This document shows, piece by piece, positions 53,644-64,000 of a DNA stretch of 64,000 nucleotides. The notes under the pieces are model-generated. The model searched no databases and was not told where the DNA came from. It saw only the letters and a program-made list of their open reading frames with translations. The position numbers were made by a program, and so were the translations under genes. The stretch covers positions 496,001 through 560,000 of the forward strand of contig JAAOMT010000468.1 in the NCBI GenBank assembly GCA_016748015.1, written 5' to 3'. How positions within the stretch are numbered: position 1 is the stretch's first letter; every line of letters starts with the position of its first letter. The stretch is from Geosiphon pyriformis uo1 (Eukaryota; Fungi; Glomeromycota).

Positions 53644-54378
53644 TGTTACTCATAAAAAGAAAACAAATATAGAAAAATAGTAGGCCAATAAGAAAGTAGT
53701 AATTAGCACGTGAGCACATTGCTAAGCAATATAAGCATTGCTTGAAAAATTATAGCACATTGCTTAAGAATGTGAGCAATCTCATAAAACCCAAATTATG
53801 TATATATAGTAGTAGTATTAAAAGTAGAAAAAACAGACTTTTCAGTTTAGATTTTATCTAAGCAATCTTTTAATTCACAAATATCAATAAATAATTATTT
53901 ACTATTTCAATCCATTCTCCACTATCAACATGAAGTATTGATAGTAATTGATACTTAACCACACTAGAACAATAGCTCTTGATCACAGCTATTGATGGGA
54001 TACTAATTTGCAATTGCTTTTGTTATTTTTTTATCTTCTTTTATTTTATTTCTTTTGTTATTTCTGTGATTTTACTAAATTGATTAAAATGTCATAGTGA
54101 CTGGTAAAAGACCTGTAAAACAAGGGTAGAACACTCATAGATTTGAGAATAGCTTACCAAAAGGATTACCGACCACTATGCTAAAAAAAAAATTTGATGG
54201 AATTGTAATTTTAGGAGGCTACTGAAAACAATTGTTAAATCTCTGTCTATTATACAAAGGACTCTACAACAAACCTTCAAATTAATAAAATTTTCAGATA
54301 TCTACACCAGAATACCACTCAAGCACCAAGTTACAAATTTGTTATTTGCTTTAAAATCTCAAATAATCATCTGTAACA
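53644..54378 (+). repeat. 3' LTR of Gypsy copy 2
   Basis: TGTTACTC..CTGTAACA; fewer U3 palindromes than the 5' LTR. Confidence 0.93.
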
Positions 54379-54402
54379 ATGGCAATATTAAAAATTAACT
54401 GT

Positions 54403-55273
54403 TGTTACAGATGACTATTTCTGATGTTGGATTAAATAACAAACCCATAATTTGGTGCTCAAATTTAGTTGCAGTTGATAGTAATCTAAAAGTTTGTGTC
54501 TGAAAGATTTGTATCCGAAGGGTTTGGTTGAGTTCTTTGTATAATGGACAGAAATTTAATGGTAATAGTTTTATCCATAGCTTCCTGAAACTGCAGTTTT
54601 ATCAATTTCTTTCTCAGCTTGATGGCCAGTATTCTTCCTGGTAAGCTATCTTTAATCGAGTGTTCTACCCTTATTTCTGGGTTTTTTACCAGTCACATTT
54701 ATTCTAACATCAGTACCCCGCATGTTAATTCTCAATAAAGTTAGTAAACAACAATTAAATCAAAGCAAGAAATAAAGAAAAGAAAAGAAAATAAAAAAAG
54801 AAAAGAAATAAGCCAAGGCAATTTGCAAGTTAGTATTCCGTCAATAGTCATGATCAAAAGCTATTGTTCCAGTATGGTTAAGTATCGATTACTATCAACA
54901 TGAAGTGTTGATATTGGCAGCAGGTTTGAGATAATAAACAGTTATTTATTTGTGGTTTGAAAAGTTGTCCAGATAAAATCTAAACTGAAAGGTCTGTCTT
55001 TTTAGCTTCTAATTCTACTGCTATATATACATAATTGAGATTCTTCAATTTCTCAATTCTTCACAACAGAAATTCTGAGATTTCTGGAATCCTGCAATTC
55101 CTTTGAAAGAAATCCTGGAATTCTGGAATCTTGTGATTTCTTGTGAGAATCCTGTAATTCCTGGAATTCTGCAATTCCTGAGAGGAATCCTAAAATTCTA
55201 TATTTTACCATGTCTACTTCTAATTGGTTAATAACTATGCTAATATATATTCCCTATATTTCTATGAGTAATA
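54403..55273 (-). mobile_element. Solo LTR with GGAATT-repeat U3
   Basis: TGTTACAG..GAGTAATA; perfect 4-bp TSD CTGT (54399-54402 and 55274-55277); homologous to 35726-36533. Confidence 0.92.
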
Positions 55274-55894
55274 CTGTTTTAAAATTAAACTTTATAATAG
55301 CCTGGTAAAAAAAAAAGCTTTTTTTATATATTAGATATTAACTTTATTTTGTTAATTTATTAAAAAAATAAAAAAACAATGCTAAACTCTAATAATTACA
55401 ATCAATTAGCTTGAAAAAAAACACAATTATAATAACACAACTATAAAAATAACATCTCTATACTTTATAATTAAAAAACTTAATAAATAAAATTTTAAAT
55501 AAATAGACTTTTAAAAACTAATAAATTAATTAGTAATCCAAAACTAATTTATTTAAAAACCATTTAACTTTTATTGCTAAATTACAAATGCTAAATATTA
55601 TAAATATATCTTATTAAGTTTACTTATAATAGTGTTTTTTACTATTTTAATAGGTAATTTAATTATTAATAAGTTAATTTTATGTTTATTTTTGTATTTT
55701 TTATTAAATAATTTTTAATATTGTAACTTTAATATTTATTTTTAATTAATATATTTAAATAAAACAAACAATAAAACAAACAATAAAACAAAAAATTACA
55801 AAAAATTACAAATAAATAAAAAGTTAATATTCTGTTAATAATTATAATTAAGAATTATTGTAAATATATATTATTAATATCTTATTTTTTTATT

Positions 55895-58800
55895 TTGTAT
55901 TTTATTAAGTAAAACCCAATTATTATTTAATACATAAAACCAAACTAAATGATTCAAACTAAATACAACTTATATTTATTACATATAATTAGCCATTTAG
56001 ATCAGACAAGACAATACTATATATTTATATAAACATGCATACTATTATTTAAACCAGAAAAAAAAGAACATGTTTTGTGTTTACCAAAACTAACAACAAA
56101 AGACTCAATATTACTAAACTATTAAACCACTTTATCTGACAGTATAGATACTATATTATAAAACAATCTTAATATTAAACCATCATTCTTAACCAATCCA
56201 GTCTTCTTCATATTTATCCTATATTCAAATTTTACCAGTTATGCTTTAGTGTGATGCAATTCTACCAAATGTCTTACATATTTAATAATAGTAAAGACAG
56301 TTTTTTTTTTCTATTAAAAACTCTAATAGTCTCTATATATTAATCTTTTAGCATGAAACTTTTACAAATTAATGTATATAGACTTACATCCAAAAAACAT
56401 CCAGAGAATATATGCAAAACAGCAAAGAAAAATAAATTATAAATATCTGTTAATGTAATTCATTGTATAAAAGCTTCAGCCAAAAATTTTTGATAAATAC
56501 CAATATCTTAAGCATAAATAAAATTATAGTTAAACAATTCTATCTTATTACACAACAAACATAACATCAAGATATTTTTTATTATAAATTTTTTTTCTAA
56601 TCATTACTAACAGTTGTCTATGTACAGCTTTTATTAAATACATATGCAGATTGGCAGACTTTCTACTAATAAATTCAGAAAGCATATACAAATTAAAATA
56701 CCAAACTTATGTTATAATCATTTAATTTACTTCTTTGATTAGTGCACTTGGAATTACATTATAACTAGAGCCAGCTTTCTATCAAATATAACAAACAAAC
56801 CTAAATAAATCCCAAACAAAATGATAAGTGTTGTTAGATACAACTGTGTTTTTAGCTATTAAAAAACATTTATCCACTTTCTCTAACAAAAAAAAGAGAA
56901 AATAAACAGTTTTGTTTATAATCACATTAGTTTTTATATTGTCAGGAATTTTTGAATGATCTTTAATCTTTATCTAATTTACAATAAAATCTTTATTTCT
57001 AATCAGATTAGCAATATGTCTTTTTTCTATTTAGCATTAATTACAAAAATCTGGTGTAGTTAATATTGTTTTAAATACATATGTATTAATAACAACTTGG
57101 CTGTTTAAATGCAAAATAACTACACAAAAAAATAGAACACACTTTAAAAACAAAACAACAGTCTATAATTCGGCCATAGTAGAAAACAAAAGTCTATGCA
57201 CTCTGATATTAATACCATATTTACAACTAAAAAGTAAGCAGCAGCTCTACTAACAACATTAGCAAAACCAGTATTTTTCAAAAATTCATCTGTATAAACT
57301 TTTATTAAGCCAGACCAAATCTTATGCAAACAATCTGCACATTAGAAAACTCTTTTAATTTCAAAATGTTCAAGCCAAACAATTAAACTGTCTTAGCTAA
57401 ATCAATCAACAAAAAATCTTTATTGTGCAAAAATTTTGACACAATCTCAAATCAATAAAGCATAAAGTCTTTAAGATCTAATTTTTTCTATCAATAAAAA
57501 GTTTTTTAGTTCATTATATTGCTCTTCTTATCTAAAAGTCTATTACTAAATACAACTTCAAATTGCTTTAAAGAACAAACAAAACTAAGATACAAGGCCT
57601 TTTTCAAAATAATTAACATTAAAAACTCACTAGAATTATAAAATATATTGGGCAAATTGTTTATTAAAGACAACTTACAGTCCAAAAAAATTTTCTCCAC
57701 CCCAGCCAAAAAATTTTTCACCAGACTAACATGTAACTTGATAAAAAACTGCAAAAAATTCAAAGGAATCCAACCCAAAATCTGCAAATCCAAGAATTTG
57801 TGGTTAAATAAATGTCCAAGAATATTTGAAACATTAAAACACAGCTAATTTTTTTTCAGACTGTACTTGCTTAAATGAGTTTAAATTATACAGAAAAGAA
57901 TAATGCAAAGCCTTATTAGAAAAATCACATGGCAAACAGACTTTAAACTTGAGATTTTTTTTAATTATAACATTTTATTTGTAATATACATTAGATAAAA
58001 CAAAACTAAACTAAGTTTTATAATTGACTATGGATTGTAAAATAACTGATACCATATAAGAAAACTGCTTATTTATAATAGCTTTCTTGAATACTATGTT
58101 AACAAAAAATTAAATATCAAAATGAATCTTGGCCAGACTTGGCTTGAACAACTTTTTAGTAAACAAAAAAATCCTTAAATATCTGTAAGCTTTATCTTTT
58201 CTGGCTATTAAAATTGGTAAGTTACTGATACTTAAAGAAGTAATCTTAATATTCTGATTAATTAAAATAGTTACTATCTTTTTATTATTAATAAAAATAT
58301 TATTAATTGAAAAAAATTTATTAACAATGTTTAAAGCATACTGTGTAGAAGATTAATAATCTACAATCCAAATCATATTGTTTATAAATACACTAGCAGC
58401 AAAAAAAGACAATATCTTATTACTATTTTTTATTTTGTTTGTTTTGGTCACAAACTTAATATCAATATAGTATTTACATAAATGCTTATGTTTTTTAATC
58501 TTATATAAAAGTGGATTATAGAAAATTCTTCAAAAAAGAAATGAGAAAACTTTCTTTTAGTTCAATTTATCATGTTCTTTGTAGTTATTTGAGAGGCCAA
58601 AATTAGTCATTATCTTATTGATTTTGTTTTCATATATGCTGCCAAAAAACTCAATAAATTGTTTACATATTTTGATCTATTATAAACTGGCTCTTAAGTA
58701 GTATTATTCAACTAAATTATAAGCTTTGCACATATTTTGCAGAACCAACCAGATTTTCTTATTTTTTTTCAAAGTATTCTTAATTACTAATCTAACAGCA

Positions 58801-60298
58801 AATACAAAAAACTGAGTAGAAGTATCTTTTAAAACCAAAAAATTATCATCACAGAAAACACCAAACTTGTTATATGCAGATAAAATTCAATTAGAGAGAA
58901 TCTTGGAAAGAATCTTTCTGGTTGTTTTAATCAAAGCAATAGATTAGATGTTTATAATAACTCTATTCCATTCATAAGACTTAGAAATCATCAAAATCCA
59001 AGCTTTTTTTTATAAAACAAAAATACTGCTAAGAAACAAACACATATTCAGCAATTTAAGAAAACATTTTACTATATTATTAACATTATACTTCTAAAGT
59101 TTATTAAAAATACTGAACAAACCAGTAGTCTTGTCATTAAGTAAACCATTAATTATCAAGAACAATTTTTTTATACCAATTTTATTTATTATTTCAGAAA
59201 AAGTATCATTATTTACATAACTTAATAATGTATATTGGTGTGCTCAGAGTTTAGATATTACCAGAAATACAGCTTATTTTCTTATTCAATTTTCCATAAT
59301 TCTATTAATACTAAGCTTGACTTCTTCCAGTTCTAAAACCAGCTTACTTTTAACAACTAAATAATCCAAAAATATCTTGTAAAAAGACTTATCCAAAATA
59401 TTTTTTATTATACTTTCTTTATTAGAACAAAAACTTTCTATGTGTTTCTTAATAGCTTATTTAATAGATACTTTTTCAGCCAATTTTAATTTATGAAGCT
59501 TAGATTTTTTGTATTTTTTCCAAACCAATAATAAATACTTAAGAATATTTATTGATTTTTCTTCTTTTTAAATTAATTCTATAATCCTAAGAGCCTTAAC
59601 ACTATTCAAAGTTGATTATTTTTTGACAAGACAGTTAAACTTAGAGATATTATTCAAGCTTAACTTCTTAATAATTTTGGCAATTAGCAATTCCAATCCA
59701 AAAAACTTAGAAGACTGCCTGTTTCTTAAACACTAAAATGTACTGAACCAATGTTTAAAAAACATTTTATTAGCCGAATTTACCACTATTTCTCTCAATA
59801 ACTTTCATATAGCATCTAAATTTGCACTAGTTTTTGTTTTTGAAAATCTGTTTACTATTGCTGAAAGCTTAACAGAGAAATATTCTTTAAAATATATCTA
59901 TTTAGCACTATTTGCATCATTAATTTTAAACTTTCAATAATTTTTGTTAGCTTGCTTATATATGTTGTTTAAACAGATATCTAAGAAACCACCTAAACTA
60001 ATTAAAACCAAAACAATCTTGTGATTAGTATCAAAGAAGCCAAATGCAATATTAATTCTATAACTAGCAATTACAGATGACAAACTTTTACTCATAAATA
60101 TATAATTTATAATCTTTTTGACATCTTTTAAATTGCTTTAAGTAGGAGTTTTAATTAGTAGATATCTATTAAATAAGTTGATCAAACTTAAATTTGAACA
60201 AAACTTAAAACTTGCATTTTTTTTGACTCATTTTTATTGAAGTTACTACTCAAAATAACAAAAGTGTTAAAGTTAACTGTTTTAACAATAAAAGAGTT
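55895..60298 (-). mobile_element. LINE copy E, 5'-truncated within APE, extremely AT-eroded; closest to the copy C subfamily
   Basis: Remnants VYTDEFLKNTGFANV and LQILGWIPLNFLQF; collinear with C; C-type 3' UTR at ~55905-56017. Confidence 0.85.
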
Positions 60299-60735
60299 AG
60301 TTTAAAATACTTTATTATTATATTGTACTAAATAGCAAATAAATTTTATTTATTAATTAAATTAAAAAAAAATACTTTAAAATAAATAATTTGTTAAAAA
60401 TTTAATTATTTTTATTAATAATATTAAAAATAACTAAAATTTTTAGCAATAATAATTAAAATATGTTATTATTACTTTTAGTTTTTAAGTTAAATTAATA
60501 ATATAATTGTTAAAATTAATATTTTAAAAAATATATATTTAATAAAAAATGTAAATTATTTGGTTTTAAATTATAATTTTTTTTTTTAAGCTTTTATAAT
60601 TGGTCTTAAAATTTTTAAAAATTATTTTATTAATATAAAATTATATATATAAAAGCCATTGTTTTTTTGGCTTTTTTTATTATTATTAATTAATTTTAAG
60701 TTGACTTTTTTGGAATTAAAATTGGCCAAATTGGA

Positions 60736-63652
60736 TTTTTTTTTATTATTATGTTTAATGAGTAAGGTCCAAATATTACCTAGAACTATACATCAATGAA
60801 ATGATCTAAACTAGGTGTGAATCATGAATTTTACCACATGTGACCAGCCACTCAAGCCAGTTAGGACAACACTATGCAACTATATTAACAGACACCAGAT
60901 CATCAATGCCTGAAAAAAATGAACAAGACTTACAAAAACCAAAAAAAACACCAAAGGCTTTAGTAATACCAAGCAATTTAACCACACCAGCTGAAAACCT
61001 CGAAACCAAACCAGAAACTGGGATGACAAACAACCCGTTTACTGAGATCAAACCATTTTTTTCCATAAAAGCACGATGCTTGGCATAGACCAACCAAATA
61101 TTATTCCTAAAAGCGGAACATATAGAGTGCACAAAATCAGTAATTTTAACACCAGCAATCTTGGGGTCATGGAAAACAGTAACAGTCTCTTGAAGCCAAT
61201 CATTGAAAACAAAACCCTTGTAAAGAGCCAAGAAAACCAGTAAATCCGAAGCACAGGTCAACATCAACTGCAACACAACCGAAGAGGGAAAAAAGAGCCC
61301 AGAAAGCAACCTCCAAGAAGACATGCAGGATTCCAGAATCTGACGATGAGCCAAATCATCAACCACACAAGAAAACACATGATCAGAAACCTCTATCTCA
61401 CCACAATACAGACACAGAACACTAGGGTAACATTTATTGTAAATGCGCCTCCAAATAGCCACAGAAAGCTGATGGTACAAAGCCTTCATAAGATAAGTAT
61501 GAGTATCAGCTGTGAGCCTACTAGTGAAACCAGTGGCCATATACAAATCAGAATGTCAAACCCTAAAAGAGCTAAGCCAGTCAACATCCAAATGCAAACT
61601 ACTAGCCAGAAATCCAGAACCAGAACCAATTTCCCAGCATGCATGACAAACTGCATGACAAATATCTTGAACAAAGTGTCTAGAATTACCAAAAACAACA
61701 CCACCATTTGCCAACAAAAAATGTCCATCTATGCGAAAAGAAAAATACCAACCAGATAGAAAAGCAGCACCAGCAATGCTATCAGCATAATTATTCTTTG
61801 AAATGCCAGAGTGGCCCTTAACTTTGTGCCAGCTAACTCTCAAATTCTTACTGTGAATAACATTCCGAATATGCTAATGCTCAACCCAACATCAATTGCA
61901 AAGGTCAGGGCACACTAGATTCAACTCAGACTTATAAGCATCTAAAGCTGCTTGACTATCCAAAAACAAATTAATAGAATGAGCTGCAGGCACGCACTTC
62001 AAAGCCAACGCTATAGCCTGTAACTCCACCAAAGTAGATAACACTAAATCTTGAACACCGACACCTACACCCAAATCAATGTCTTCAAAAAAAACAGCTG
62101 CCCCAGCTCTACAATCAACTGTGCCCAAATTCCTCAAAGAACCATCCATATATACTGACAAACTATCAACATTAACCTGAGAAAAATGATTGTAGATGGA
62201 CACAAAATTATCAGATTCACAAAAATTAAGAGGACCAGCACCAACTGAGGCCATGGAAAAGGAATGAGAAGCCACAAAAAATGCAACAGAAGGTCTGAAC
62301 CAATCAGGAACCAGGCCATGAGAGTTCAGCCTCTTCTACCACTTGAAGGTGCACCAGCTAAAAACAACACCATGTCAATTATGAAGCTAATTTACGAAGA
62401 CAATGCCAAAATGCTGGAGAGAAGATAAAAACTTGAAAAACAAAGACTCGCCAAAAACAATAGACATAGGGATCCCATCGCGAAACCGAAAAGCACTGGT
62501 CAAAGAGCCACCCAAAAACAAATTGCAATCAAGAAGAATGTGAATCATACCAGCCAAGAAATTATTAGAAACACTAACATAAATACAAACAGGAGAGATC
62601 AGTGAGTAAACAGGCCACCAACACAGAATCTGTAAATCATGTGATCTGTGACTGGACAGATGTCCCAAAATCCCACCAGAGTTTGCAAAACTAATAAGCA
62701 AAGTCATTTTACTCTCAGATTGACACTGTAAAAACAACTTTAAACCATAAAAAGAAGGATGGTAAATAGTATCACTAGGAAAATCCAGCGGGAGACCAGC
62801 TTTTAGCTTCAAGCCTCTGTAAATCAGAGCATTCCATTTATTATACACACCAACAGGAATATAGCTGAACTGCATTTTGTAGCTGATTATGGGATAGAGA
62901 ACTGCTAACACCAAATACAAGAATTGCTTATTTGAAACCACCTTCCTCAGAACCAAATTGGTAAAGAAATAAATATCCGAATGTGTTTTAGCCAAACTAG
63001 GTTTTGAAAGACCCTCAGTCAACAAAAAAATACCAAGATACTGATAAGATTCCCCTTTATGGACAACTGAAATAGGCAAACCACTAATAAAAAGAAACGG
63101 AACACTGACCTTGCAATTAATTGGAATGACCACAGTTTTGTCATTATTAATTGAAATGTTATTGACTCTAAAAAATTCACTAGCAATGTCGAGAATGTGC
63201 TGAGTAGCAGCCTGACTGCCACCAACCCAAATAGTATTATCAACAAAGGCACCAGCAGTGAAAAAGGAAGAAAGCCCAGCCTAAGACTCAGTGTGACCAC
63301 TTTTAAAAACAAAATAAGAATTGAGCCTATAACCACACACACTTCCTTAACACTTGACTTTACACAAAAGAGGATCATAAAATATGTACCACAGCAAAAA
63401 GGAAAAAACTTCTTCTTGGTCCAACCCATTAAACACTCAGTAACCATCAGTCAAACCAAAATCTGTTATGACACGGTTGGTTCGGTTCTTATGAATACTA
63501 CCAAAAAAGCAAACAAATTTACTACACATTTTGATCTTGACCAAACTCCTCTCAAGATGCTTCCAGCCAACTAAATAATATGTCTTTCGCATGTCCTGTA
63601 AAACAAGCCAAAGTTCTCGGTTCTTTTCCAAAGCATCCTTAATTACCAAGCC
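60736..63652 (-). mobile_element. LINE copy F, 5'-truncated within RT
   Basis: IKDALEKNRELWLVLQDMRK, GAFVDN, VYMDGSL, KVKGHSG, CLYCGEIEVSDHVFSC; 3' UTR ~60755-60871 and tail. Confidence 0.92.
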
Positions 63653-63911
63653 TTGAATTTGCTAATTAGATTTATTGTTAAATTTATTGATTTTTTGGTT
63701 ATTTTAATTATAAAGTTAATAAATGTTTTTTTTTTAAAATAAAAAAAGATTTTTAATTAAAATATATTATTAAAAATTAAAAGATTGTTATTAGTTTAAT
63801 AAAAGTTTTAAGTACTTAATATTAAGTTTAATATAAATAAAACTATTATTTAAATGGTTAATTTAGTTTTTAATAACAATAATTTAATTGTAATTATGTA
63901 TAAAATAACAA

Positions 63912-64000
63912 TGAATGTTTTCTATGTGCTGGTGGTATGGCAGTTTCTGGTAATTCTAGACACTTTGTTCGTGATGTTTTCCAGTCAGTTCATTAAGCTC
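63912..64000 (+). mobile_element. Start of another 5'-truncated LINE fragment (copy G), running off the window
   Basis: ECFLCAGGMAVSGNSRHFVRDVFQSVH matches the post-RNase H region of the other copies. Confidence 0.8.

Larger units (their letters stand above)
44548..54378 (+). mobile_element. Ty3/Gypsy-order LTR retrotransposon copy 2 with dUTPase, degenerate
   Basis: LTRs 44548-45383 and 53644-54378 (TGTTAC..GTAACA), PBS, PPT, gag with CCHC (47060-47101), protease, dUTPase, RT (MPFGL, VVYLDN), RNase H, integrase; TSD atag/atgg. Confidence 0.95.
43932..55630. repeat. Eroded AT-rich dispersed repeat, copy 2, inverted (43932-44547, 54379-54402, 55274-55630; split by Gypsy 2 and a solo LTR)
   Basis: Reverse-complement alignment to the flanks of LINE C; contains a 10-bp-period array (AATAAYATAA) at 44001-44110 mirrored at ~24030-24110. 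Confidence 0.75.

Noticed and set aside
53644-55273. Large inverted repeat or DIRS-like terminal structure
   Set aside because: It is the Gypsy 2 3' LTR next to an independent, oppositely oriented solo LTR with its own CTGT TSD.

Overview
Eukaryotic, most likely fungal, AT-rich genomic DNA; an early-diverging Glomeromycotina/Mucoromycota-type host is my inference from gene and TE style and is not verified. After an assembly gap (676-1286) there is one intact host gene: a 12-exon ER-lumenal Hsp70 (LHS1/GRP170/HYOU1-type, C-terminal HEEL) at 1856-5483. The remaining ~58 kb is a nested transposon graveyard. It holds seven copies or fragments of one non-LTR (LINE) superfamily (ORF1 with RRM-like and CCHC motifs; ORF2 APE-RT-RNase H-zinc finger; ATGA-coupled ORFs; structured 3' UTR), two full-length Ty3/Gypsy-order LTR retrotransposons and three solo LTRs with 4-bp TSDs, all separated by very AT-rich spacers that are partly eroded repeats. 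The most notable observations are: (i) an unusual Gypsy architecture seen in both copies (GTG-started N-terminal gag extension, Cys-rich insert, dUTPase, integrase behind a stop plus new ATG, extra non-env 3' ORF, elongator tRNA-Met-like PBS); (ii) a swappable tandem/palindromic repeat cassette in the LTR U3; (iii) a covarying, probably pseudoknotted RNA structure in the LINE 3' UTR; (iv) a hidden ~1.1 kb AT-rich repeat present twice in inverted orientation and hit by three independent insertions within ~25 bp of the same position; (v) pervasive repeat-restricted C>T/G>A (CpA and CpG) hypermutation resembling RIP. All alignments and folds were done by eye.
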